A stretch of DNA of 47,488 nucleotides from Dehalococcoidia bacterium (GCA_003599745.1 QZJL01000040.1:1-47488); one strand, 5' to 3'. Counted from the stretch's first letter, positions 1-9,823 are shown. The notes: generated from the sequence alone by a model not told the origin. Numbers and translations are program-made.

Positions 1-1698
1 GGTGACGCCGAAATCCCCCGGGAGCTGCGCTACCTGGTCGAGCGCGGCACTGCCCTGGGTATGGAACTCAACGCCAGCTTGGAAAGCTTGCAGTCGCTCC
101 TCGACGAGGCGTCGCGCCTGATAGACGCCCGCCAGCTCGGGACGGCTGAAATTAAACTCGTCCGGGCTGGCGCGGAAATCGAGGTTGCCCGGGAGACTCT
201 CGCGGAGCTCGATGAGGCGGTCGGCGCCTTATCGCGAAGACTGGCCTTCAGCGTGATGCCTGCCCGTCTGGCGCAGGCCTACAACCAGGTGACGGCTTCG
301 CTGGAAAGCCTCGAGGCGCTTATCGAAGAGTTCGCCCGGCTGCGGCAACAACTCGAGACGGCCCGCCAGGCGGTATTGCAGTCGGAGTTGATTGCCACCG
401 ACCTCCAGATTGAGGTTTTGCCGCTTGAGGTGTTCTGGGGGGAGAACTTCACCGTAACGGGGAGGCTCACCGGTGGTGATGCCGGGTTTGGCGGACGGAG
501 CGTATTGCTGCTTGCCGGCGGACGTTCCTTCGTGGTAACCACCGGAGATGATGGTTTTTATTCCCTGAAAACAGTCGCCGCCCCCGATGATTACTCGGGC
601 AGCCTTGCGGTGACGGCGTACTACCGTGCCAGCGGCGAGGACATGTCCCGCTACCTGTCCGCCGAGAGCCGGACGGTGATTCTGAAGGTCGGCTTTAACA
701 CCACGCGGCTTGAAGTGACCGTCCCGGATAAAGCTTTTACCGGTCAACCGGTTACGGTGTACGGTCGCATTGTCGCCAGTGATGTGACGTTACCCCGTAC
801 CACCAGGCTTTTCTGGGACGGCGCGTCGCTGGCGGAAGGTGTTTTCCGTGAAGAGTTCAGCATCGGCTTCGAAGCACCTTCCTCCGGTACTGGTGAACAT
901 GTCCTGGAGGTGGCGGTGCTTCCCCGGGACAGCTATGCCGGGACATCTGCCCGTCTGCCGGTCAGCCTTTTGGCGGGCATCATCAGCGCCGATATCGAAA
1001 CTCCGGCGGTTGTTTTCGTTCCCCGGACGGTGCGCCTCGGGGGACAGGTGTTTGCCGATGGCATTCCTCTGGAAAACGCCGCCGTAAATGTGGGGTTGGG
1101 AGGCGGACAGTCCCGGGCGACGACGTCCCGGGGCGGCAGCTTTGAAGTGGCTTTGGCGGTGCCGTTTAACCTGTTGATGATTGGGCCGCAAATGCTGGAT
1201 ATAAGTATTACCCCCGATGAGCCGTGGCTTAAGCCTTTGCGGGCGACGCCGACCGTAGTGATGCTAAATCCGGCGGCCATCGGTCTTCTGGCATTGTCAA
1301 TGCTCTTCATCGTGTTGGCACTTATCCGGCGGCGAGCACCCCTGCGGCAGGCTGTTCCGGTTGCCGCGGTAGCCCCGGTCGGCCTGGCTGGCGGCGGCGC
1401 GGTGGCATCTGCGGTGGAAACCGTTTCCCCTGCGTTTGCCGGCGAAAGGGGCAGGGTGCTGTCCGCCTATTTGCGTGCCCTGGAGCTGGTGGCCGTAGCC
1501 TGCGGGGCGGTACCCGAGCCTCACACCACCCTCCGTGAATACCTGGCGGTCGCCCGGCGGCTCGATGGTGCTGAGTCTTTTAAGGAGCTTACCGGGCTTG
1601 CCGAGCTGGTGCTTTACGCGCCCCGCTTGCCGGCCTCCCCCTTGGTCAGCCGGTCGGCGCAGCTCGCTGACGATATCAAAAGGAGACTCCGGCAGTGA
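1..1698 (+). CDS. Large membrane-anchored protein, 5'-partial: coiled-coil, Ig/beta-sandwich-like repeats, TM helix, probable C-terminal DUF4129
   Basis: The frame is open from base 1, so the ATG at 61 is probably internal. Beta-rich repeats (VTGRL, VYGRI, LGGQV), one hydrophobic helix (AIGLLALSMLFIVLALI), and C-terminal 'PHTTLREY...FKELTGLAELVLYA' typical of DUF4129. Confidence 0.65.
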   Translation, partial: GDAEIPRELRYLVERGTALGMELNASLESLQSLLDEASRLIDARQLGTAEIKLVRAGAEIEVARETLAELDEAVGALSRRLAFSVMPARLAQAYNQVTASLESLEALIEEFARLRQQLETARQAVLQSELIATDLQIEVLPLEVFWGENFTVTGRLTGGDAGFGGRSVLLLAGGRSFVVTTGDDGFYSLKTVAAPDDYSGSLAVTAYYRASGEDMSRYLSAESRTVILKVGFNTTRLEVTVPDKAFTGQPVTVYGRIVASDVTLPRTTRLFWDGASLAEGVFREEFSIGFEAPSSGTGEHVLEVAVLPRDSYAGTSARLPVSLLAGIISADIETPAVVFVPRTVRLGGQVFADGIPLENAAVNVGLGGGQSRATTSRGGSFEVALAVPFNLLMIGPQMLDISITPDEPWLKPLRATPTVVMLNPAAIGLLALSMLFIVLALIRRRAPLRQAVPVAAVAPVGLAGGGAVASAVETVSPAFAGERGRVLSAYLRALELVAVACGAVPEPHTTLREYLAVARRLDGAESFKELTGLAELVLYAPRLPASPLVSRSAQLADDIKRRLRQ

Positions 1699-2582
1699 CC
1701 TTTCACCGCTTCATCGCCTGGTTCAGCCTGGGGCTGGCGCTTGCCACTGCCGTGGCCATCTGGTTTGTGCCGCCGGTTGAGGACTTCCAGCCGGATAACC
1801 CTTTCTGGAACGGGAGCCGCCAGTTGAAGGAGGTCGCCCGGATTACGCCGATCAGTTCTCTTGCGGAACTGCCGCCTTCACCGAAGGGGGTAACGCTCAT
1901 CGTTATCCCTTACCGAGAGTTCGACGGCGGCGAGCTTGAACTAGTCAGCCATTTTGTTGATGGCGGCGGCACGCTGGTGCTGGCCGATGACTTTGGCTGG
2001 GGCAACCAGCTACTTGAGTACCTGGGACTGGCAGCACGTTTTTCCGGTAAGGTGCTTCTCGATCCCCTGTTTAACTATAAAAGCCGGTGGTTGCCCAGAG
2101 TGGGTGTTGCCATCGGCGACCCGCTCACCGCCGGTCTTGAGCACTTAACATTGAACTACGCTACCGTACTCGAAGGAGTTACTCCGGAGAGGGTTCTGGC
2201 GACCTCTTCGTCTTTCAGCTTCCTTGATGGCAACGGCAACGGTTTAGCCGACCCGGGCGAGCCGTTGGGCCGCCAGGCGGTGATGTCCCGCGAGGCTTTC
2301 GGAGAGGGTCAGGTGGTGCTGCTTGGCGACCCCAGTGTTTTCATAAGCGGCATGCTGACGGGAGAAAATCTGAAACTGGCGGAAAATATCGCCCGGACGA
2401 GCGAGGCTGGTCTCTATTTTGACCAGTCTCATCTTACGATCTCGAACCTGCGCCACGCGCAGGACGGGCTGCGTGCGCTGCGGGGTTTTGTCTTTAAGCC
2501 GCCGGTGTCGGTGGCGATGGTGGCGGTGGTCCTTGCGCTAGTGCTTTTGCCGGTGTGGCGTCAGGGAAGCAGGCAGGAATAG
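1695..2582 (+). CDS. DUF4350-like membrane-anchored protein (GATase-like fold)
   Basis: N- and C-terminal TM helices, 'FVDGGGTLVLADDFG' and 'GQVVLLGDPSVF' motifs. GTGA overlap with the upstream stop; lies next to MoxR. Confidence 0.7.
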   Translation: MTFHRFIAWFSLGLALATAVAIWFVPPVEDFQPDNPFWNGSRQLKEVARITPISSLAELPPSPKGVTLIVIPYREFDGGELELVSHFVDGGGTLVLADDFGWGNQLLEYLGLAARFSGKVLLDPLFNYKSRWLPRVGVAIGDPLTAGLEHLTLNYATVLEGVTPERVLATSSSFSFLDGNGNGLADPGEPLGRQAVMSREAFGEGQVVLLGDPSVFISGMLTGENLKLAENIARTSEAGLYFDQSHLTISNLRHAQDGLRALRGFVFKPPVSVAMVAVVLALVLLPVWRQGSRQE

Positions 2583-2619
2583 CGGGCAGAATTTGCCCGG
2601 GAAGGAGTAACAGGAACAA

Positions 2620-3564
2620 ATGAGCGACGAGATGATTAAAGGAAAAGAGGCGCTGGACCGGATTACGTCCGAGATAGCTAAAGTCGTGGTTGGCAAGGAA
2701 GATGTCAGAGAGTTTTTGCTGCTGGGTTTGCTGAGCCAGGGGCACCTGCTTATCGAAGGTTGGCAGGGAACTGCCAAGACCACGCTGGCGCGCACCTTTT
2801 CCCAGGCCATCGGCGGCAGCTTCAAGCGGGTGCAGGGGACTCCCGACATGATGCCCGCCGACATTCTGGGTTTCTACCTGCACAGTCTTGATGGGGTGCC
2901 CCGCTTCATCCCCGGCCCCATCTTTGCCAACGTGTTGCTGGTTGACGAGATGAACCGCATCACGCCGCGCGCCCAGGCGGCGCTACTGGAGGCGATGCAG
3001 GAAAGGCAGGTTACCATCGAGCGCCAGACGCACCCTATCGAGGAGCCGTTTCTGGTGGTTGCCAGCCAGGTCCCCTACGGCAGCGCCGGTACCTCGCCGC
3101 TCAGCGAAATCCAGATTGACCGTTTCACCTTCCGGGTGTGGAGCGATTACCCTTCCGAGGAAGAGGAAAGCCGGGTATTGGATGAGATTGACCGCATTGA
3201 CGAGGCTCGCGTTTTACCGGTGGTCACGCCGGAAGAGGTCAAGTGGCTGCAGCGGTCGGTAAAGAAGGTGCACGTCGCCGCTGGAGTACGGGAGTATATC
3301 GTGAACCTGGTGAACCGGCTGCGCCGCTATCCCGACCTGCGCTCCGGCCCCGGCCCCAGGGGCAGCATCGCGCTGCTTAAAGGCGCCAGGGCTAAAGCCT
3401 TTCTCGATGGCCGGGACTTCGTCATCCCGGACGACGTCAAGAGTCTTTTATTCGCGGCGCTTTCCCATCGCTGCCGCCTTACTCCCGAAGCCGAAATGGA
3501 AAACGTCACCGTTGAGAAGGTTATCGAGCAGGTTAGCGGCGAGGTGCCGGTTCCCAAGACGTGA
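2620..3564 (+). CDS. MoxR-family AAA+ ATPase
   Basis: Walker A GWQGTAKT, RVQGTPDMMPADILG, Walker B LLVDEMNR, ALLEAMQERQVT, DFVIPDDVK. Confidence 0.92.
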   Translation: MSDEMIKGKEALDRITSEIAKVVVGKEDVREFLLLGLLSQGHLLIEGWQGTAKTTLARTFSQAIGGSFKRVQGTPDMMPADILGFYLHSLDGVPRFIPGPIFANVLLVDEMNRITPRAQAALLEAMQERQVTIERQTHPIEEPFLVVASQVPYGSAGTSPLSEIQIDRFTFRVWSDYPSEEEESRVLDEIDRIDEARVLPVVTPEEVKWLQRSVKKVHVAAGVREYIVNLVNRLRRYPDLRSGPGPRGSIALLKGARAKAFLDGRDFVIPDDVKSLLFAALSHRCRLTPEAEMENVTVEKVIEQVSGEVPVPKT

Positions 3565-3592
3565 AGATGTCTCGCCGTCTTTCGGAGTGTAA

Positions 3593-5218
3593 ATGACCGG
3601 GAACGTATCAAGCAAAAGCGGGCGTGTTAGCGGCGGCTTGCGGCTGGCCCGCGGGTATCTGTTTTTACTCCTGTTGCCGGTCGCCGTCATGGGGACGCTT
3701 TTCTACTCGCTGTTGGCCTGGGCGCTCTTTGCTTTGAGCCTGTATTTCAGCGTTCGAACGCTGAAGCCCCGTTTTGCCTTGGCCTACTACCTTGGGGTTT
3801 TCTTCCTGCTGCCGATGGCGCTTGGTTCGCTGGCCGATTACCCGGTTTCGGCGGGACTGGTCACGTCCTCTGCCTTTGCCTTGCTCGCGTCGCTTGTCTT
3901 AGCCCCGTTGCTTTTTCTGATTGATGACGAGGTGAAACACTGCGCCGGTGAAATGGCGCTTGAGCCGGCGGGACCGGGCAGCCGACTTGCGCCTCTTTCC
4001 AGGACGCTTTTCGTCACCGGGCTGGCAGTGATGTTCGTGGCGCTGGTTACCGGACGTACCGAGTTACTGCTTGCCGCCGCCATACTTCTGGGGTATCTTG
4101 CTGGTGCCGTTCTCGTGGCGTATCGCCGCCTGCACCGGGCGGCTGTCCGAATCCCTGGAACGGTCGCCCGGGTTATCGCCGGTAACGAGGCGGTTATCTC
4201 CCTGCCGGCTGCCATTCCTTCGGATGTGGAACTGCGGGCGGTGCTGTCGCCCCATGACAGGTGGCTCAGTATCTTTCCCGGGATTTTCCAGCTTAACCGG
4301 GCATGCCCCGGGGTGGAGTTAGTCTTTAAGCTGGTGCCGCCGCTTTCCGGGCCGGTACACCCGGTGGTGACGCTGTCGGTAACAGATAGCCGGGGTTTGG
4401 TACAGAGTGACCGTTACTTAAGTCCTCTTGAGCTCCACGTTATTCCGAGGGCGAAATATGCCGAGTGGCTGGCCCGCAAATACCTGCGGGAGGGTGATGG
4501 TGGCGGGGTGGCGATAGCTCCGGCTTCGTCTTCAGTAAGGCTTGCCTACGAAAAGAAGGGGGGTGGCGAATACTATCAGAGCCGCGATTATCAGCCGGGG
4601 GATTTCCTGAAAGACATAGACTGGAAACATACTCTGAAACTCGGGCACCTGGTGACGAAAGAGAGGGTTGACGTGTCCGAGCGCCTGGCGGTGCTGGTGG
4701 TCAATCTCTCGGTGACCGATGCCGAGTCCGCCGACCGGCTGGCCTACCGTCTCATCACCACCGCGCTGACGCTGTCGCGCGAGGCGGTGCCGGCGGCGCT
4801 GGTCGCCTACCGTGAGGAGAAGGTGGTGCTTGCCGTACCATTGTCGCACCCCAGGGACGTATTGAAAGCCGCCCTGCGGGTGGTCAAAGACATCGTGACG
4901 GTGGCAGAGCCGCGTTGTCTCGGGCCGGCCGACCTCGCCGGGCTGAAACGCAACATCGCTCGCCTCGGGAAAGTGGACTCAACGCCGGCTCAGCGGCTGC
5001 GCACACTGCTTGAACTGGAAAACCGGGCCATCGAAGAGACGGCTGCAAAACACGTCGTCACCGGGGCTTTGCTCAAAGCGACCGGCCGCCTGTCATCCCC
5101 GGCCTCGGTCATCGTGTTCTCAGAGCTAAACCACGACGCCGAAGCCCTGGCGGTTGCTGGGGAACGACTGAAAAAGAGGGGCTTTACCACCTATTTTATG
5201 ACAGCGGACGGGCGCTAA
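3593..5218 (+). CDS. DUF58-domain membrane protein
   Basis: Several N-terminal TM helices; DUF58 signature 'GEYYQSRDYQPGDFLKDIDWKHT'; follows MoxR. Confidence 0.82.
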   Translation: MTGNVSSKSGRVSGGLRLARGYLFLLLLPVAVMGTLFYSLLAWALFALSLYFSVRTLKPRFALAYYLGVFFLLPMALGSLADYPVSAGLVTSSAFALLASLVLAPLLFLIDDEVKHCAGEMALEPAGPGSRLAPLSRTLFVTGLAVMFVALVTGRTELLLAAAILLGYLAGAVLVAYRRLHRAAVRIPGTVARVIAGNEAVISLPAAIPSDVELRAVLSPHDRWLSIFPGIFQLNRACPGVELVFKLVPPLSGPVHPVVTLSVTDSRGLVQSDRYLSPLELHVIPRAKYAEWLARKYLREGDGGGVAIAPASSSVRLAYEKKGGGEYYQSRDYQPGDFLKDIDWKHTLKLGHLVTKERVDVSERLAVLVVNLSVTDAESADRLAYRLITTALTLSREAVPAALVAYREEKVVLAVPLSHPRDVLKAALRVVKDIVTVAEPRCLGPADLAGLKRNIARLGKVDSTPAQRLRTLLELENRAIEETAAKHVVTGALLKATGRLSSPASVIVFSELNHDAEALAVAGERLKKRGFTTYFMTADGR

Positions 5219-5953
5219 TCATACGCCGTAACTGAGCCGGGCGATAAGCCGCCGGGGCAAGCCGAGAGATGTCATGCGGGACTGTACGGCGGCAATGTCG
5301 TAGGTAACGCGGTGGAGAGTGATTGACTTAGCCTGATTGTCGTAGATGGCATAGCTGGCACGGGGGTCGCCGTCGCGCGGCTGGCCGACACCGCCGGGGT
5401 TGATGATGAGCCGCTTTTCGCCAAGCTCCAGGCGGCGGTCATCGCTAAAGGCTGCAAGCCGGATGTCATCATTTTCGTCTGCCTCGAAGACCATTGGCTG
5501 GTGAGAGTGCCCCACCAGGCAATAGCGCGTCTTGAAATGGCCGAGGTTTGCCCGGGCACGTTCGGCGTTAACAAGATATTCCCAGACCGGGTCTCTGGGA
5601 CTGCCGTGCACCAGCGTGAAATCGCCGTTTTCGATGACCAGCGGCATAGTTGCCAGGTATCTTCTGGCTTCGGCGTTCAGCCGCTCACCGGTCCAGCTGG
5701 CGGCGGTGGCGGCCTCGGGATTAAAGTCAATGGTGGAGATTTTGCCGATGGCGGCCAGGTCGTGGTTGCCGGCGACGCTGACATGCTCCAGCTTTGATAG
5801 CCGGTCGAGACACTCGTTGGGGTCAGGGCCGTAGCCGACCGTATCGCCCAGATTCCAGAACCGGTCAACCCCGCCCCGGCGCTCAACATCATCGAGCATC
5901 GCCTCGAAGGCGGTGAGGTTGGCGTGAATGTCGGCCAGGATAGCATAACGCAT
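5219..5953 (-). CDS. Calcineurin-like metallophosphoesterase (YfcE/MJ0912-like)
   Basis: DIHAN, LGDTVGYG, GNHD, HGSP, GHSH, NPGGVGQPRDGDPRASY motifs. Confidence 0.92.
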   Translation of the reverse strand: MRYAILADIHANLTAFEAMLDDVERRGGVDRFWNLGDTVGYGPDPNECLDRLSKLEHVSVAGNHDLAAIGKISTIDFNPEAATAASWTGERLNAEARRYLATMPLVIENGDFTLVHGSPRDPVWEYLVNAERARANLGHFKTRYCLVGHSHQPMVFEADENDDIRLAAFSDDRRLELGEKRLIINPGGVGQPRDGDPRASYAIYDNQAKSITLHRVTYDIAAVQSRMTSLGLPRRLIARLSYGV

Positions 5954-5968
5954 ATATCAAACATAGCA
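5954..5968 (-). promoter_or_regulatory. Extended -10 promoter (TGcTATGTT), probably giving a leaderless mRNA
   Basis: On the minus strand, TG-c-TATGTT (5968-5960) ends 6 nt before the ATG at 5953; no SD is visible. Confidence 0.45.
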
Positions 5969-6053
5969 GCTTTCGGCGTTGCAGGCCAGTGTGGTTTAGA
6001 TGGTTCAGGTTGCGCCCTGCGTCCCGCTTTATTGGCGCTTTGCCAGACACGGG

Positions 6054-6062
6054 TGCTATAAT
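6054..6062 (+). promoter_or_regulatory. Extended -10 promoter (TGcTATAAT) for thiL, probably leaderless
   Basis: Consensus TGnTATAAT ends 6 nt before GTG 6069. Confidence 0.6.
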
Positions 6063-6068
6063 CTGAGT

Positions 6069-7061
6069 GTGAAAGTTTCCGAGCTTGGCGAATTCGGCCT
6101 AATCAATCTTATCGGGGAGATGGTTGGTCGGGCGGGCAAAGCCCCGGGCGGGCTTATCCTGGGCATTGGCGACGACGCCGCTGCCTGGAAATGTGCGGGG
6201 GGCACACAACTTGGCACGGTGGACTCGCTGGTTGAAGGCGTCCACTTCACCCTGGACACTATTTCCTGGGAAGAGCTTGGCTGGAAGTCGCTGGCCGTGA
6301 ACTTGAGCGACATTGCCGCCATGGGTGGGGTCGCCCGCTACGCCCTCATCTCGCTGGCTTTACCTCCGGAAACGACGGTCGCCGACGTTACCGCTTTTTA
6401 CCGTGGCATACTCGAACTTGCCGGTAAAACCGGCGTGGCGCTGGCCGGCGGCGATACCTGCCGCAGCCCGCTGGTGAATATCACCATCACCGTTATCGGC
6501 GAAGCGCCCGGCGGCAAAATGCTGCGGCGTTACGCAGCCCGTGCGGGCGAGATGGTGGCGGTTACCGGCTACCTGGGAAGCGCCGCCGCCGGCCTCGTGA
6601 TGCTTTCCGGAAATCTAAATCTTGAGACGGGGCTGGCCGCCTGCCTCGATACCGCTTTCCACAAACCTTTGCCCCGCCTGGCTGAGGGACGTATACTAGT
6701 CGAAAACGATGTACGGGCCGGGATGGATATCAGCGACGGTCTGGTCATTGACCTCGGCCACCTCGCCGAGATGAGTGGTGTCAGCGCCCGCATCGAGGCG
6801 GAAAAGGTGCCCGTTGAGCCGAGAGTGAAGGAAAGTTTCGGAAAGCGCGCCCTTGAGCTGGCGCTGAGCGGCGGCGAGGACTACGAGCTGCTCTTCACCG
6901 CTGACCAAGAAACGATTATCCGCCTGCAGAAGGTGCTCCCGGTGCCGGTGACGGTGCTGGGCGAAGTCATCGCCGGTAAAGCGGGTAAGGTAAGCGTGGT
7001 TGACGGCAAAGGAAGAGAAATAGCGCTCTCCAGTCCCGGCTGGGAGCACTTTACGGCATGA
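6069..7061 (+). CDS. thiL: Thiamine-monophosphate kinase
   Basis: GEFGLI, GIGDDAA, AVNLSDIAAMG, GGDT, MDISDGL, GGEDYELLFT. Start placed at GTG 6069 (VKVSELGEF). Confidence 0.95.
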   Translation: MKVSELGEFGLINLIGEMVGRAGKAPGGLILGIGDDAAAWKCAGGTQLGTVDSLVEGVHFTLDTISWEELGWKSLAVNLSDIAAMGGVARYALISLALPPETTVADVTAFYRGILELAGKTGVALAGGDTCRSPLVNITITVIGEAPGGKMLRRYAARAGEMVAVTGYLGSAAAGLVMLSGNLNLETGLAACLDTAFHKPLPRLAEGRILVENDVRAGMDISDGLVIDLGHLAEMSGVSARIEAEKVPVEPRVKESFGKRALELALSGGEDYELLFTADQETIIRLQKVLPVPVTVLGEVIAGKAGKVSVVDGKGREIALSSPGWEHFTA

Positions 7062-7555
7062 AATACGTTCTGGAAGTGGTGAGCACCAGTCCTGAAGCGA
7101 CCCAAAAAATCGGGACGAAGCTGGCGCGGCGTCTGGCGGCGGGCGATACTCTTTTTCTGTCGGGAGAACTCGGCGCCGGTAAGACCTGCCTGGTACAGGG
7201 CGTTGCAAAGGGTCTTGGCGTAAGTGAATACGCCCAGAGCCCGTCTTTTGTCCTGGTCAGGGAGCTTTACGGCGATTTGCCCCTTTATCACGTTGACCTT
7301 TACCGCCTCGACCATATCGAGGAAATCGCCGACCTGGGGCTTGACGATTATCTTTACGGCAGCGGGGTCTGCGTGGTCGAGTGGGCGGAGAAAGGTTCGG
7401 CGGTATTGCCCGCCGAGCACATGGAAGTCCAGATTGACTATCTCTCGGATAACGAGCGCCGCCTGCGCCTGGTGCCCCATGGTCGGCGGTACGTTGATTT
7501 GCTAAAGGAATTAAAAAGCGATTTACGGGAGGGAGCGGTTGCTGGTAGCGATTGA
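7058..7555 (+). CDS. tsaE: tRNA threonylcarbamoyladenosine biosynthesis ATPase
   Basis: LSGELGAGKT, SPSFVL, HVDLYRL, VEW. Confidence 0.95.
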   Translation: MKYVLEVVSTSPEATQKIGTKLARRLAAGDTLFLSGELGAGKTCLVQGVAKGLGVSEYAQSPSFVLVRELYGDLPLYHVDLYRLDHIEEIADLGLDDYLYGSGVCVVEWAEKGSAVLPAEHMEVQIDYLSDNERRLRLVPHGRRYVDLLKELKSDLREGAVAGSD

Positions 7556-8234
7556 CACCTCGACGGCCAATGCCTCGCTGGCTCTGTTTCAAAACGGGGA
7601 AGTCGTTGCTGAGCTTAGCTGGCGCTCCAGCTTAAACCACAGCGTTGAGCTTTTGCCAAGCCTTGATAACCTGCTCTGCCGGGCCGGCTGGAAGATTGGC
7701 GACCTAAAGGCCATCGTCGTCGCCCGGGGGCCGGGCAGCTATAACGGCCTGCGTGTCGGTCTCGCCACTGCCAAGGGTCTGGCCTTTGGTCTGGGTATTC
7801 CTCTGGTGGGGGTGAGCACGCTCGAAGTGATGGCTTATCCATGGTCGGCGACTGGCCTGCCGGTCTGCGCGCTGCTCGGCGCCGGTCGCGGCGAGGTCGC
7901 CGCCGCCCGCTTCCGGACAGTGGCGGGGCAGTGGACTACCACCGAAGATGAGCATATCACCAGCCTCAGCGCCGTTTGCGCCGCAACCGCCGAACGTACG
8001 GTCTTCTGCGGCGAGCTGAATGATGAGATGAGCAAAGAAATCACTGAGCGGCTGGGTGACCTGGCGGTGCTGCCTTCAGCAGCGGCCAGGCTGCGGCGGG
8101 CGGCTTACCTTGCCGAGCTGGGGCAGGCGCGGCTTGACCGGGGCGAAGCTGACCCGGTGGCGGCGCTGGAACCGCATTACCTGAGGAAGCCGCCAATAAC
8201 CATGCCGAAAGTGTCGCTGAAGAAAGGAAGCTAG
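7539..8234 (+). CDS. tsaB: tRNA threonylcarbamoyladenosine biosynthesis protein TsaB
   Basis: LVAIDTST, HSVELLP, GPGSYNGLRVG, C-terminal LEPHYLR; follows tsaE. Confidence 0.93.
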   Translation: MLVAIDTSTANASLALFQNGEVVAELSWRSSLNHSVELLPSLDNLLCRAGWKIGDLKAIVVARGPGSYNGLRVGLATAKGLAFGLGIPLVGVSTLEVMAYPWSATGLPVCALLGAGRGEVAAARFRTVAGQWTTTEDEHITSLSAVCAATAERTVFCGELNDEMSKEITERLGDLAVLPSAAARLRRAAYLAELGQARLDRGEADPVAALEPHYLRKPPITMPKVSLKKGS

Positions 8235-8668
8235 TGGAAATCCTGCCTGATTTGCTGGTGGATACCGAAAAAAGCCCGACCATGTGTTTTGGCTGCGGGA
8301 AGGATAATCCCATCGGCCTGAAGCTTGAGTTTCGCTGGAACGGCGAGGTGGCGCGGGCGGAGTTTACGCCCGACGAACGCCACCAAGGATGGTCGAATAT
8401 CGTTCATGGCGGCATCATCACCTGTCTGCTGGATGAGGCTCTGAATTACCCTCCTTACTTTGTTGGGCTGCCTTGCCTCACCGCTAAAATGGAAGTCAGG
8501 CTGCGTCGCCCGGTGATGGTCGGCGAACCGCTGGTGTTGATTGCCAGCATCGTCAGGAAGAACCGCAGGCTGGTGGAGACCCGGGCGAGCCTGGAGCTTG
8601 GGGATGGCACCATCGCTGCTGAGGCTACCGGCACGATGTTTGTCATCAGGGGAAAGGGGGCCGCATGA
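8234..8668 (+). CDS. PaaI-family hotdog-fold thioesterase
   Basis: CFGCGKDNPIGL, HQGW..IVHGGIITCLLDE. Confidence 0.88.
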   Translation: MEILPDLLVDTEKSPTMCFGCGKDNPIGLKLEFRWNGEVARAEFTPDERHQGWSNIVHGGIITCLLDEALNYPPYFVGLPCLTAKMEVRLRRPVMVGEPLVLIASIVRKNRRLVETRASLELGDGTIAAEATGTMFVIRGKGAA

Positions 8669-9351
8669 TCCGGCCCGCCAACTCCAGAGCCGTTATCTGG
8701 GACATGGACGGCGTTATCTGTGATTCCGGCGACTGCCACCACCTGGCGTGGAACCGGGTAATGGCCCGGTGGGGGATAGCGGTTAGCGAGGAAGTTTTCC
8801 GAAGCGGCTTCGGCACGCGCACCGACGCCTTTATCCGTTGTCTGGTAGGGGATATGGTGCCGGAAGCGCATATCCAGAAAATCGCTCTGTTCAAAGAAAG
8901 GTTCTTCCGCCGCATCGCACGGGGTCATATTGAACCACTGCCCGGCGTCGTGCCGCTACTGGGTTCCCTCCGGAGCGCCGGTTACCGGATGGCGCTGGCG
9001 TCATCAGCGCCGCTCGCCAATATCCGTCTTACCATCCACGAACTTGACATAACTGTCTTTTTCGAGGCCGTGGTAAGCGGTGATGATGTTACCGACGGGA
9101 AACCCAGCCCGCAGATTTTCCGGCTGGCGGCGCAAAAGCTCGGTGTATATCCTCGGGACTGTCTGGTAATCGAGGACGCGGCGGTGGGGGTGACGGCGGC
9201 GCACCGGGCGGGTATGGCGGCGTTGGCGGTGACCAACACTCTTTCCGCCAGGCAGCTCGGGATGGCAGAAAAGGTGGTGGGCAGTTTGACTGATGTCAAT
9301 CTGGATGACATCGAGGCTATTTTTGAAAAATCGAAAGGAGCTGGCAGTTAG
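8665..9351 (+). CDS. HAD-superfamily phosphatase (beta-phosphoglucomutase/CbbY-like)
   Basis: WDMDGVICD, ASSA, GKPSP, VIEDA motifs. Confidence 0.88.
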   Translation: MIRPANSRAVIWDMDGVICDSGDCHHLAWNRVMARWGIAVSEEVFRSGFGTRTDAFIRCLVGDMVPEAHIQKIALFKERFFRRIARGHIEPLPGVVPLLGSLRSAGYRMALASSAPLANIRLTIHELDITVFFEAVVSGDDVTDGKPSPQIFRLAAQKLGVYPRDCLVIEDAAVGVTAAHRAGMAALAVTNTLSARQLGMAEKVVGSLTDVNLDDIEAIFEKSKGAGS

Positions 9352-9768
9352 ATGGAAAAATCGCTGGTGCTGATTAAGCCGGATGCCGTCGAGAGAAATC
9401 TCATCGGCAAAATCATCGGGCGCATCGAAGACAGTGGGATGAAGCTCCTGGCGCTCAGGATGCTGCTTATGGGCCGCAAATTGGCCGAAAAGCATTACGC
9501 GGTGCACGCCGATAAGCCATTTTTCAAAGGCCTGGTGAGTTATATCACTTCGGGGCCAATCGTGGCATGCGTCTTCGGTGGGGAGAACGCCGTCGAGGTC
9601 ATCCGGGGGGTTATGGGGGCTACCGACCCGGCTAAAGCCGCCCCGGGCACCATAAGAAAGGCCTTCGCCGAGAACATCGAGCGCAACAGCGTCCACGGTT
9701 CCGATGCCCCGGAGACCGCAAAGGAAGAAATCGCCCTGTTTTTCAGCGATAAAGAGATTTTCGGGTAG
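9352..9768 (+). CDS. ndk: Nucleoside-diphosphate kinase
   Basis: LIKPDAV, HY..HADKPFF, APGTIR, NSVHGSD. Confidence 0.97.
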   Translation: MEKSLVLIKPDAVERNLIGKIIGRIEDSGMKLLALRMLLMGRKLAEKHYAVHADKPFFKGLVSYITSGPIVACVFGGENAVEVIRGVMGATDPAKAAPGTIRKAFAENIERNSVHGSDAPETAKEEIALFFSDKEIFG

Positions 9769-9803
9769 CCTCTGTCGTTATTCGTGGTTGACTCTGTGGT
9801 ATC

Positions 9804-9823
9804 AGGGTGGGGTTTCCCGCCCT
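9804..9823 (+). terminator. GC-rich hairpin between convergent ndk and rsfS, possible terminator
   Basis: AGGGTGGG-gttt-CCCGCCCT, an 8-bp stem with one G-U pair; no clear U-tract. Confidence 0.35.

Noticed and set aside
5968-5978. AGCTTTCGGCG shared with 45872-45882, both in divergent promoter regions
   Set aside because: Only two copies, at different distances from their -10 boxes and before unrelated genes; chance cannot be excluded.
5954-6068. TPP riboswitch upstream of thiL
   Set aside because: No TPP aptamer core is present, and the -10 box sits right before the start codon.
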